64,000 nt of DNA from the human T2T-CHM13v2.0 reference genome, Homo sapiens. Position numbers and translations under genes: made by a program. Positions within the stretch are counted from its first letter, which is position 1; each line of letters starts with the position of its first letter. Below are positions 44,817 through 61,620 of the stretch, one piece after another. Below the pieces are notes generated by a model. The model saw only the letters and a program-made list of their open reading frames with translations, did no database searches and had not been told where the DNA came from. The stretch lies in NCBI RefSeq assembly GCF_009914755.1, contig NC_060928.1; one strand, 5' to 3'.

Positions 44817-46279
44817 TCAAAAGCATCATTACTTTACATGTCAAATTAGAAAGGCACACCCCAGTACTAAAGCATCCTTGATGATGAAAACATTTAGAAC
44901 CACTGGTTTCAGGAGCTCCATGCAATGGTGAAACAGCCTCTACTCCAAGGGTTGTTGCTCCCTGTGGGATTCCTGGGTGAGGAACACACTGCTCCCGTTG
45001 GGGTGGAATCCTGTGGAGGAAGTGGATGAAGAGTGTAGCCAAGTCAGTGAGCCTACTGCATGGGATTAGAGTACTTCAGGTTGCAGTATAATTCTGTTCA
45101 GGTGCATGCTCACTCCATCTGGCGTAAAGAACAGAGAAATTAAACCATTGATTCACAGAGCAATATGAGTAGCTGCCTGGGGACTTCCTGTCCATTCTGG
45201 GGTCCCCAACAGCCAATCAATATTGGCCGGTTCCTAATCTGACCTAGAGCTAGAGGCCACTAGCACCCCTCCATTCATCCTTTCTTCTCTCCCTACCCAC
45301 TCCCACCAGCATTCTGAGGAGGTGAGGGCTGAAGCTGCAGAGGCTGTTGTACTGTCAGTTACTGTAAAGTCCCCATCCTGCTCTCTGTAGTTTGCTGTGA
45401 AGGAGTGGAGGGGGCTGGGAACAAAGGGGGTTCCCAATAAGCAGCTTACTAATACCTACCCTTGCTTCTCTCACTTCCTGATCAATAATTCCCATCCTTT
45501 CTTCATGTACCTCCCCCACATTTTTGTTCTTTAAGGGAAGAAGGGAGCAGCTTTCCATCCCCACACAATGTTGGGGACATTTGGTATTATACATTATGAA
45601 AATAAGATTTACCAGATTTTAGAGATGGAAGAAAACTTGGGGATGATCTTGTTCCATTCTCTTATAAGAACAAACAATATTTGGAGAAGCTGAGTAACTT
45701 GCTTTTTCAACTTCACACTTGAAAGTGTTTTCATGAGGAAGTTGGGGTTCTCTGCAGCACTTGGATGGGAGTCAGGGACTTGGATTGTCCCAATTCTGTC
45801 ACTAAATTTGGACAAGCCACTTAACTTTTCCAGAATCTAGTTGCCTCATTTCAAATATTAGGGAAATTTCTAAATGGCTTAAAAGGAGCTTGTTAGCTTT
45901 AAAATTTTATGATTCTAAGTGTATGCTGCCAGAGATATGTAGCATAGCAGGACACATTAACAAGATTATTGAAACTGTTCTAATAAAGGACATCTTTGTG
46001 TCTTGGGTAGCTACTATGTTTAAAGACTGTGCTAGGTGGGAGTTGTGCAGAATACACAGGTTTGCTGTAGAGGGATAGGGCGTGTACACAGACAACTCTA
46101 CTAACAAGAACGTTACTAGAAGCTTATTGGAATCACAGTATTTCTTGCTGAGGGTATGAAACATAAGAGTTCTCCTTGGAATATGAGGTTCTATTTGGGG
46201 CTTAAAGAATGGTCAAAGGTTGAGTGCAAATAACATGGATTGAGATGGCTTTAAAAAATAATCAAATGGTTTGTTAGTA

Positions 46280-46362
46280 TTAAACTGGTGCAGAAATAAT
46301 TGCAGTTTTTGCCATTCCTTTTAATGGCAAAAATTGCAGTTACTTTTAAACCAAATCCCTAA
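46280..46362. mobile_element. MADE1 MITE (Hsmar1-derived, palindromic)
   Basis: TA|TTAAACTGGTGCAGAAATAATTGCAGTTTTTGCCATT-CCTTTT-AATGGCAAAAATTGCAGTTACTTTT...CCTAA|TA matches MADE1 architecture with TA TSD. Confidence 0.88.
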
Positions 46363-47452
46363 TATTATTTGCATAGTTTATCTCTGTTATGGAAGTTTTT
46401 ATTGACAAGTAATGTAGATATTCACCTGATCTAAGTTACCCTGAATCTTATATTAGCAGAATCTGAATTGCTTATAAATAATTATGGCTATGTTGGATGT
46501 AGAACTTATTATTTGATAGTTTATGAACAGTGCTAAGGTCTAATCTACTTTTTACAGAGAAGCTAAGAACATGCTACAGCTGGTTGAAAAACAAAAACTT
46601 CAGGCATTGAAATGTTTTGTCAATGAAATGGCAGGACTCATTTGATGACTGATTATTATCAACTGATTTAAATGACTGAATTTTTGGTACTGTGTACATC
46701 TATACTCTAAGAAGGAAATTGAAAGTAATTCTGCTATGCTTGTTGCCACTATATTAATAACTGCATCATCTAAAATAATTGATAGAGCTCAGATTTATCC
46801 TTTGTAATAATTCTAGTACTTCTTTAAACATGTTTTGGGATTAGCAGCTGTCAACAGTTAGAACATGAAACAGATTCTGTTACAGGAGTAGAAGTCGATC
46901 CAGACATTTAATGTCATTTTCACCTGTGAGAGAGAGAATAAAGAGAAAGAGAGATCATTATTTATGGGATTATGTGAACTTCAAGTCCGTTTTCATTATT
47001 AGGAGAAGCTGTGCTTTAAAGGACAGTCAGGGACTTTACTTTCATGAAATGCCTGAGCTGTAAATAAAGTATTGCTTTATTTTTTATTTCTTGAACATTT
47101 GAAATAAAAAATTAGCTATGAGTTATGTTCAAATTATATTATAAAAATTTGCTCTTAGCATTGTGCATATATATTATACAGAAAAACACAGAGTAAAAAG
47201 AATAGACTTCAGTTCCTGTTCAGAAAAGGTTTAAAATTTGAATACTGATTTTGGAAACCCCAAACCTTAAGAATTCAAGAAGCTTACGGTCTTCTTGAGG
47301 GACACCTATTCAAACTCTTAAATATGGTGATTGGGTAGAAAGTGCAGAAAAGCCTGCTGATACATGCCCTAAAACACCTTGGAAAAAAGAGGTGGTAGTT
47401 GCTTGAGGTAGGACTTAAGTACTAGTTGGAAATAGAAGACAAGGATGGAGAC

Positions 47453-47886
47453 TGTTGGTAGATGACTCTCCATGGGTCCTTCCTGTTTCTACACACCTTG
47501 TAAGCAGGGCATTGAGTGCCTGTGTTCCAAACTACCTTTTCCATCATGTTTCTACAGCAAACAGTCATGGAAGATAGAAATAGAGTCTTCCTCTGGAGCA
47601 AAGGGCAGACACGCTTGCTTCCTGTACTTCCCACTATAAGATATTCCGGCTCCCTAAACTCAGCTGCCTTTCCTGTAACCCACCATGATACAGATGTCAC
47701 CTGACCTGTGGGAATTGGGGGTCAGGGAACCAAGAGAAATGCTGACTGTCTGGCTACTGTGACTGCCCTGAGTAATAAATTGTCCTTCGTCTCCAACCCA
47801 GGAGTCTCATGTTTTCTACCAGCAGGATAACTGTGGCGGGCTAACGTGTTAGTTTGCAAGTAAGGTAAAATCTCAGACCCTTTGCA
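47453..47886 (+). mobile_element. Solo LTR, same family as 25061-25555
   Basis: Shared TCTCCATGGGTC, TGGAAGATAGAAATAG, GTAATAAATTGTCCTT, TTAGTTTGCAAGTAAGGTAAAATCTCAGAC motifs. Confidence 0.6.
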
Positions 47887-48720
47887 GTTTGTGGCAGGGA
47901 TTATATTCTGAGGAGAGAGGAACCGTATGCACCATGGCTCAGAGGCATGAGAAACGGGGAACCATAACTAGTTCTCTATCTTCAGAGCCTTTAAAAGGTG
48001 CACCAAGGAGGGCATTTTAGGGGAGAATATAAAGTTGGAGATATAGACACAGCCAGATTCCTGAGAGACCTTATATGCCAGGTAGAAGACTTCAGATTGT
48101 ATGGGGGAATTATTAGAGAATTTTTAGCAGGGGTGTGATATGATAAATTTTGTGTTGATTAAGTTACTCCAGGAAATATGCGATGGGTGGATTGAAGGAT
48201 GGGGCACCTTTTCTCTAGGACGAAAAAGAAAGAGTAGTTGGTGAAGTCAGTTAGAGGTAGTAATAGGATGAAGAAGGGATCTGAATGACCCCTTGGCCAT
48301 TCAGTGAGTAGTGATGCTATTCACCTAGATACAGCACATAGGAGGGAAAAGAAATTCTGGGAAGGAGGGAGATGAGACCGAGTTAGCTTTAAAATAACTA
48401 AATTCAGGCCTAGGAGCCTATAGGCTATCCAGATAGAAATATTTAATGGCCTATATGGATCTGGAACTCAGGAAGGAGGCTTCCGTGGGAGCAGAACACT
48501 TGGGCACCATTAGGGTGTATGTGGTAGATGCATTCTTGTGCAGCAGTCAAGGGGATGGGATTTAGACTCAAGTGCAAATTGCCCCCCATCTCCTGTGATA
48601 AGTGACTGAAGCTCTCCGGGCTTCAGTTTCCTAGTTCATCATAGTGGGCTCTAGCGGATAAATGTTACAAAGGTTAAATGAGACAACATAGGCAAAGTGC
48701 GTGGTACTCAATAGAAGTCA

Positions 48721-49338
<618 letters not shown>

Positions 49339-49841
49339 TCAGTGGATCCCTAGGGCAAACCAGGCCTTACAAACCAGGAATGGATGGTCAATAGGAAGTG
49401 GAGACAGTAAGTGTAGACCTTACCTTGGAGGGAAGGAAGAGAAAGAGCCATGGCCAAGGGAAGTTTGAAATCAAAGGAAATATCTTTTTTTTTTTTTTTC
49501 GATTGGAGAGACCTCAGTTATTCTTTTAAAATACTTATTGAGCCCCTCAGTTATTCTTTTAAAATACGTATTGAGTCCCTACTTTGAGTCAGGCACTATG
49601 GCAGACACGAGGGAGATAGCAGTGAATCAGACAGATGCAACGCCTGCCTTCATGGAGTTTCACCTTAGCATCTGTCCATATGCTAGGGGAGTGGGGCAGG
49701 GGCAGGGAGCTGGATACAGGAGAGACTGAAGATCCAGGGAGCAAGTGAGTAAAGAATAGGGCTTGAGATCCCACAGACAACTCAGCTTTGAACAAAAGGG
49801 TTTTGTCATCCAATAGGACAAGAAGGCGTTAGGATACATCA

Positions 49842-50549
<708 letters not shown>

Positions 50550-51079
50550 TGATGAGAAGAAGCCAGGTGTTGGAGTGATAGCTTATAGCACATGAACTGA
50601 ATAAAACAGTGTTTAAGACAATGTTTGCAACATAATAGGCACTGAAGACATGTTAATGGAAGGTGGATTTGTGATTCAGAACCTCTAGACTACCTGGGCG
50701 AGTCTTTTAAAATGTAAGTAATATCTTAAGTGATATTACTTGTCCCAGATCAGTTGTTTAAAACTGAGGTTTAATGCTGTCAGAGTAGCACTGTATCGTC
50801 TTCTATCATGGGGGCCTTTGTTGGCTTTAGGAGGTTTGTGTTTCATAGTAGTTTCCCAGTGGGCTCTTTGTTACCTGTAATGAGTGTGACAGTTATGCCA
50901 TAACCAGGTTTTATATGGAATACAATTTTGAGAAAGTTCTTTCTAGGCAGAGAAGCTTATTTGAACCTCTTATTATATTTGGGTTTCAGGCTTTTGAGTT
51001 CTTCTGAAATAATAGCCCTTTGAAGGTAGCTATTGCTATGACTTCATTAAATTCTAATGCCTCTGGTTTTCTCCCCCAG

Positions 51080-51172
51080 GTTTCTGCATATGAAGTGTGT
51101 AAAATAGATTGCTTGATCCAAAACAGAAAAACAGTGATAACTGTTTTGCTGAGTTCCCAGACCCTTCCCAAG
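51080..51172 (+). other. TBC1D1: TBC1D1 exon 2, 5' UTR portion
   Basis: Acceptor ttctaat...ggttttctcccccag|G at 51079/51080. Confidence 0.85.
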
Positions 51173-51589
51173 ATGGAACCAATAACATTCACAGCAAGGA
51201 AACATCTGCTTTCTAACGAGGTCTCGGTGGATTTTGGCCTGCAGCTGGTGGGCTCCCTGCCTGTGCATTCCCTGACCACCATGCCCATGCTGCCCTGGGT
51301 TGTGGCTGAGGTGCGAAGACTCAGCAGGCAGTCCACCAGAAAGGAACCTGTAACCAAGCAAGTCCGGCTTTGCGTTTCACCCTCTGGACTGAGATGTGAA
51401 CCTGAGCCAGGGAGAAGTCAACAGTGGGATCCCCTGATCTATTCCAGCATCTTTGAGTGCAAGCCTCAGCGTGTTCACAAACTGATTCACAACAGTCATG
51501 ACCCAAGTTACTTTGCTTGTCTGATTAAGGAAGACGCTGTCCACCGGCAGAGTATCTGCTATGTGTTCAAAGCCGATGATCAAACAAAA
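51173..51589 (+). CDS. TBC1D1: TBC1 domain family member 1 (Rab-GAP, AS160/TBC1D4 paralogue), first coding exon, residues 1-139, N-terminal PTB domain
   Basis: MEPITFTARKHLLSNEVSVDFGLQLVGSLPVHSLTTMPMLPWVVAEVRR...IFECKPQRVHKLIHNSHDPSYFACLIKE...CYVFKADDQTK; Kozak AAGATGG; donor AAA|gtaagt, phase 0. Confidence 0.97.
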
Positions 51590-51889
51590 GTAAGTGAGAT
51601 GGAGATCCAAAAGACTAAGGTGTGGCTGGCTGGTTTTTATTGTATGGGGGTCAGGATATTTATTTTAAGTATACTGAAATGAATAAGGAATTAATGCTGC
51701 AGTTATAAATTGATTACTTAGCTGAATTTTTGTTTTATGGTGATAGTTTATAGTTTTAAAGCACATTTGAAAACAGATACGAGAAATTATCAGTTTTTGA
51801 GTTCAAAAATTCAAGAGAAATCAGTCTAAAACTACTAATTAAGAGCAGAAGTGTTAAGATGTACATTATTTCAGATGAATGTTCTAAAG

Positions 51890-52058
51890 CCATGCCTCTC
51901 AAACTGAAATGAGCTTGTGAGTCACCTGGGGATCTTGTTAAAATGTGAATCTTGATTCAGTAGGTCTGGGGTGGACCCCAAGACTGCATTTGTAACAAGC
52001 TGCCAAGAAATGCTGATGCTGCCCTTTTGCAGGTTGCACTTTGAGTGGCAAAGTTCTA
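51890..52058. mobile_element. MER5A-like
   Basis: GTCACCTGGGGATCTTGTTAAAATG...GATTCAGTAGGTCTGGGGTGG...CTGCATTTGTAACAAGCT. Confidence 0.8.
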
Positions 52059-54271
52059 AATCTCCACATTTGTAATCCTATTAAGAAAAATATAGTCATT
52101 CGTAAACTGTGTAAAAATGCTACTGGCCAGTTTCCCAAGGCATAATGTTCACTTAGGCAAAGGTCATTGATAAGAACGCTGGATATGCATCTAAGTTTTG
52201 ATGCGATCAGGGGTTCTTTGTGTTTTTTTCTTTCGCAAACCTCAGGTCAGATCTGATTAGCTTGTTATTATCACATGATATGGCTGAAAAAAAATGTGAG
52301 ACATGGTAAAAGTTCTGCTCTTTCCTCGTTCATTTGTGCTTGCTTTGTTATTAGCATTCGTTGTAGCTCTGGGCAGGACTCATTTGAAGATGCTTGCCCA
52401 TTTTATGAGGATTAGCTTAGATAAAATTGAAAATATAATGCAAATAGCAACTTTCTCAGTTGGGCTCAGGGCTCCACAGCTAACCCCATGGACTGTGGAG
52501 TCTTGCCGTTGTTTTGGGTGCCAAGCAAGCCAAGTCACATGTGATTCAAGCTGTCTGCCACATGTACAGGGCGAGGATGCGAGTGTCAATCCACCTGTTA
52601 ACTGTCAGTGAAGCCTTGAAAGCTTCTCATATTTTCAAGGTTAAAATCTGGATAGAAATGCTAAAGTTTTCTCTCTGCACTCCATTAGGTTATTTTATGT
52701 ACTCTCTAGGGTGTAAGGACCTTATTTAGAAATTAATATTCTTGGTATCAAGTAGATGCCCTTTTGCTTGTTCATTTGTTGGTTCTTCTAGTCATTCAGA
52801 ATTGCTGTTGCAGGTACTGTTGGAGATGATATTAGCAGAGGCTTGTAGGAAGGCAGGAGCATCAGTGGGGAATAGGACCAGGTGATCTATGTATAGGACA
52901 TAATGGAAGGACTGAGAAGGGAGCCTAACACACACCCAAAGGGTAGAGAAGGCTTTGTGAAATAAAGGCTAATATGGAGCTCAAAACCACCATTTCACTC
53001 ACAGAATCAAACTCTCATATTATAAATCATTTCATGTTATTGTCCACACATCTCAAGTGGGCACGGCAGCATCAGGCTTGGAGATTCAGAGGGACTAACT
53101 TCCTGTACTCTAATCCTACTTCTGCACCCATAAACTGGGTGGCCTCAGGCAATTGAGTCTGTTTTCTTATCTGTTAAATGGGGATAATTACAGTATTTAT
53201 CCAATAGAGTTGCTGGAAAGACTAAATGAGGTAGCACTCGACCTGAAACTTAGTAAGCATTTATAGCCATAAAAACATTTTCATTCAAGAAAATTTTACT
53301 AGAGGCAGATTATATGCTAATTTCATTTCACGTCTTAGGTAAAAAGAAACATGATACCTAGATGAGTGCCTTCAGCTTTCAAAGATGAGATTCTGGTCAT
53401 ATTTGAGGAACATTTTAAAAACTACACGTATAACTTAATGGCTCCTATTATTTGGACAAATTCCAGAATGAAAATGAGAGGACTGAACAGCCTGTACCTC
53501 AGTCCAGCTCTATATAGTATTTGGACTGAATTTCCTTGGGGAGAGTTTGTGCGTGGAATCGTTGTTCAGCATTTTACACATTTGACTCTTTCCCAAAATC
53601 TTTTACGGCCATCTGAGAATAGGCTTCTGGCCAGTCATTCGGATGCCTGACAAGAGAAAGAGATTTATAACCAAATTCTGTAATTGGGACTTCCAGTCTT
53701 TCCCCAAGTAGAGAATTGGACTTACTCTATATGCTAAAAACCCATGGTTGAAATATGAATTAGTTCTTAAGTGATTTTTGGCTTGCATACCATTTTTGCA
53801 AACACAAATTGTCATTACTCTGCTCATTTAATAAAAGAATAATTTGTAGTATAGGTATATACCTCAATCAGTGATTTTGTTGTTGGAAACAGAACAGTAA
53901 ATCACACTGGCCATGATGCTAACAGCGTGATAGATTTTCTGTTCTTGGGACACCAATGTCACTGTATCTCATAGCGAAGGATTATCTGCTGTAGGAGCAT
54001 TCTCTTGACTACTTATAACATTTGCTGGGTGAAATAATTCTCCAGGTTAAGGCCTCTTCTAAACAGATGAGGTCAGCACTAACTGCATTTGCCAGAGAAG
54101 ACATATGCATTTACTGCCAGCATCATAAACACAAAACTACAGTTTGCGAGGAAACCCTTTGACCAGCATCTAATTAATTCACTGAGTAATGTCTTGGGAG
54201 AAGAGGCATGTAAAGGAACAATTTTATAAGCATGCCATGAGATTGTTTTCTATTGTATGTTCCATAGAATA

Positions 54272-55861
<1,590 letters not shown>

Positions 55862-55914
55862 TATACTTAAACTGCTCCACATGGAAAAGCTTCCATGATC
55901 AAATGCAGTAAGGC

Positions 55915-56638
<724 letters not shown>

Positions 56639-57070
56639 TAACACCCATGAACGTCCCTCAGAATGTGTGAACACAGTGGCATAAGGTCCTGGGTTAAAAT
56701 GTAGTGTTGCCTTTGAGTCCATGGTAAGTAAACATGGTAAGTAAATGGACATATCCACTCTGGAAACTGATGGTTGCATGAGTGACCCTGACTAGATCTT
56801 TACCTCATCACATCCCAAAGAAATCAAGAGTCTGCCCAGACTCAGACCTAGAAACATTCTCAAGTCTAAGAAAATCATCTCAGGGTTCTTCTTCTCTCCA
56901 GTTCTTCAGCCTTGTCTCTTCTACAAAATCTCTACTCAGAAGAAAATCCAATCTGCCCCTCATACTGATTGTCATTTTAGATCATTCATAAAAGTAATTG
57001 CATTTTCATTCTTTTCTTTATCCACGGAGGAAAAAGCTCTGCTTCCTTTAAAGGGACTTTCCAGCACTGA

Positions 57071-57585
<515 letters not shown>

Positions 57586-59359
57586 GCCAAATGTTTTTTA
57601 ACTGGCATTTCTTATCGCACTCGAAATATGTCATGGCTCTTCAAGCACTGTTCTCGACTCTAATAAGATTGTGATCCTCTGGATTTGGTGTCCACTCTGA
57701 ACGCGGCGTGGGTGTTTAACAACTGTGACGGGACAGATGTCATTAATGTGAAAATGCTCGCAGCCTTCCCCTTTTCCACCCTGCTAAAAGAATCTGGTAA
57801 TTGCTAGCCTGGTTCCTCCCTCTCCCAAAAAGGAAGTCTTATTTCTTGCTGGGAGAAAGGCTAAGTTTGAGGGGGAACAGTGCGATACAGGAGCATGGGG
57901 CCTGGGTGGAGCGGGGGAGAGTGAAACAGAGCAGCTGCGTGGGAAACAGACATGTAGAAATCGACTTTATTAAACGTCGCTGGAGAAGATGTATTTGGAT
58001 TCCTTTTAATGTCCTTTGACAAAACGGGTTTTCTTTTCTATGATTCTTGGCAATGAAGCTGCATTTCTTGAAGGTGACACATATCTGAGACTGAACCGTG
58101 TGGGCTCCCTTACCACTAATTTTAAGACTACTTGACTCTTTGTAGATTTGATTTTAAACCAATAAATGTTTCCTTTTGAAATTTCCTGTAAGGAACCAGT
58201 GTATTCTTGCATGAGGCCCTGTAAGCACATCGCCTTTCCCAGTAACGGCATAGGACCTTGTGCCTCCTCACCCAGCCTCTCTGGGCTGCATGTTACCTCG
58301 CATATTAAACAAGAAGGCAGTCTGAAGCTGTTTTCTTGTGATTAGCAGGAGTCCATCCCCCGTATCAAAAGCCATTGTTGCCTTGGCTGAGTTTTATTAC
58401 TTAAATGTAAAAAATTTTTGAAACCTTATTTTTGAGTGTCGCTTTGTATCATTTTGTATTTTACCCATTACTAATTTGTTTTAATAATTCACCGTCTGCT
58501 TGGAATTTTAAGTTGGCCACTTAATATATGCACCATTACTTCAGGATTTTCAATAGAGTCTGGCTTCAATTGCATCTCTTGCTTGGCTGTTATATTTGCC
58601 GGCTCATTACTTTCTTTCTTCGCTAGAGTGAAGATCGAAGATTACAACACAGAGCTAGAGCATTTTGTTTCTGAGGGTGATTATTTTGAAGAACATAGTA
58701 TTATTTTTCAAATATTCTCACCTCTTCCCCCTTCTACATTTGGTCATAATTTCTAAACTTCAAACATTTGTCTCTTTTGCTACACAGGTAATGATTCTGA
58801 GGGGGTCTTGTTAGGTATGTTTTGGAGGACTTCTTACCTATATTAAATTTCCACTGGGCACCTTTAATCCCAGCCTGATTTATTATGTAAATTTTCATTT
58901 GGGGTCCCATGCAGCAGCTATGACTCAGTGCAGTGTATCCATGTCAGCTAATCAGCACTTGACTGTCTGTCACACTAGACAGAAGTTGGTTGCTGGGTGC
59001 AAGGGCTGGCAGGAATTTTTTCGTCTATAAAAAGAATGTCCGGGACTGCATGAACTCCGAAGTATTTGTTGGAAGGTTTGGGTTCTTAACACCAGATTGA
59101 TTACCTAATTTATTTTTGACTTTGAAAAATGAGTCTGTGGGCTCCAGAAGCATACACCTTGTGATAGATGCTTAATTTTTTAAAGTCTTTTTATTGTTTT
59201 ACACATATGACTTTATATAGCTTTGCATTTTTTACCAAAGGCTTTGAGTTTGATAATTATTTTTTAAAATAAATCCATCCCTAAGAATAGACTTTACAAG
59301 TGTCTTGCACCTAAAGTTGACTTGCATCTTAGGGAGATTTATTTATAGCTTAGGTCTTT

Positions 59360-60130
59360 ACTGTCCCGTACAGTAATCAGTAGTCATTTGCAACTACTGA
59401 GCACTTGAAATGTGACCAATCTGAAATGAGATATGCTGTAAGTATAAAAAACACAGTGGATTTTAAAGACTTCATTTGAAAAAATATGTAAAAATCTCAA
59501 TAGTTTTTTTATAATGATTACATGTTGAAATAATATTTTGGGTATATTGGGTTAAATAAATTACATGACTAAAATTAATTTTACTTATTTCATTTTTACC
59601 TTTTAAAAATATGCTTACTAACAGAAAGATAAACTTTGCATGTTCTCACTTATTTATGGGAGCTAAAAATTAAAACAATTGAACTCATGGAGATAGGGAG
59701 TAGAATGATGGTTACCAGAGACTGGGAAGGGTAGTCGGGGCTGGGGAGTGAGGGGAGATGGTTAATGGTACAAAAAAAAATAGTTAGAAGAATAAATAAG
59801 ATTTAGTATTTGATACAACGGAGTGACCATAGTCAATAATAATTAATTGTACATTTTAAAACAAAAGAGTGTGATTGGATTGTTTGTAACACAAAAGATA
59901 GATGCTTGAGGTGATGGATACCCCATTTATCCTGATGTTGTTGTTACACGTTGTATGCCTGTATCAAACTATCTCATGTACCACACAAATATATATACCT
60001 ACTATGCACCCACAACATTTAAAAATAAAAGATATTTTAAATATAATTTTTAAAAATAAAATGTGCCTACTAGATAATTTTAAACTACGTATGTAGCTTG
60101 CATTCTGTCTCTTCCTGTTAGCCATGGACT
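59360..60130. mobile_element. MER33/MER3-like hAT element split by an L1MA 3' end (~59620-60030, + strand)
   Basis: CTACTGAGCACTTGAAATGTG...GGGTTAAATAAA; L1 part CATGTTCTCACTTATTT.TGGGAGCTAAAA...GAGTAGAATGATGGTTACCAGAG. Confidence 0.75.
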
Positions 60131-61620
60131 AGACTAGCTTCCTAAAAAGTATTTCCAGAAGTAATAGGAATATTCATCACAGAGTGACCGTAGGTTCTCC
60201 CCTCCTCCTTTTTTTTTTTTTTTTTTTTTTTGGCTGCCTTTCATTTGTTAATGACTGAATGTTGCTCAGAGTTCTTCCATAAAGGTCACTTAAGTCTAGA
60301 AATATATTGCAGTGGATCAGAGCCATGTGGGCCACCATTTTAGGATATACTGAAGTAGCTAAATCTCTTGTTTCTCGCTTTTCTCTCTTCTGAATACCTT
60401 TCCTCCCTTTGGAGGCTCAGGCATCCACCCTACTCATTGTGGTCTGTCAGCTTCAACCCACAACCACAGAAGGTGCCGTGCCGGGCTAGCCTGGCACTGG
60501 GAAAACTTCAGAAGACACTGGATTGGGGTTGAGATTTGGGGGAGGAGCCTGATGCAGGATTTTAGGGAAAGAGGTGGACTTGAGTGTGGTTGCTGATGTG
60601 CATCTGAAGAGTGATTTGGTGGCTGCCCATCCTGCAGGGACCCTTTCCTGGCCGCTTTTATTCTGACCATGCATTGGAAGTTGTCATTTCTTAAGATCAG
60701 GTGATGTAGGTATTTGAAATTTTGCAGGTTTGGTGTTCATTCATTTATTGAAATACTACCAATGTGTTGGTCATGTGTTTTGCTGGGTGCTGGGGTACAA
60801 AGCCAAACAACGCATGATTGTGCCCTCAAGAACTATAATGGTGTTTTATGTGCCAAATGTAAGTTCTGAATGCCATATTTTCAGGAGTTAGCAAACATCT
60901 GCAAGTCAGGAAGAAAAAATTTGGGAGAATAGGAGGAGGGCTAGTGTAATAAATGCCTGCAGTTGTTTGAAAAGCTTCATGTACAAAAAGCAAGAGACGA
61001 ACTATGAATTGCTCCAGAGGGCAGAACTAGGAACAGTAGAAATTTGTAGAGAGATTTTTGGCTCTTCCTGAGTATAATAGCCATCTAATAATTACATAGG
61101 TTATACTGAACAGTGGACATGGATGGATCTTGTCTCAGGACTTTCGCAAGTCATTCTCTATTTCCACACTTCCCAGTCTAAGGAATATCCTACCTGACAA
61201 TGCTCCCCTCTCTGTTTCAGACAACTAAAGTCGCTCCTAAATTCATTTCATGTTGAAGGGAAGTTGTTCCCTGTAATATCTAGCTGTTCATCGTAGATGT
61301 ATCTTCTGAAAGGACTCAGGGTAAATGTAATTTATTTTCCATGGGACATTCGAGTGGGTTTTAAAGGACTACTGGCAGTTTCCCAGGCCAATGGGTTGGG
61401 TGAGGATTGAATGTATGCTGTAAGTAGAAAATATAGTATGTGCCATGCCATAGCAGGATGGGGAATGATGAGATGCCCACTGTAGCTGGGCCTGCTGGGT
61501 TAGAGTTTTACAACTTGCATGGTCAGAGATGAGATAGGAAGGAAGGGCTAAGGCCAGATTTTACAGGGCTTTGTATGCCTTGCTGAAGGAGTTGGACAGT
61601 CCCCTGAAAAAGAAAGTTGC

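Noticed and set aside
51125-51147. CAGTGA in the 5' UTR as an iron-responsive element
   Set aside because: Flanks (AAAAA / TAACT) cannot form the 5-bp upper stem and there is no bulged C; CAGT is itself paired in the alternative hairpin
51020-51682. 220-aa ORF as a single-exon gene
   Set aside because: Its ends run into intron on both sides; clear acceptor at 51079/51080 and donor at 51589/51590 define the real exon
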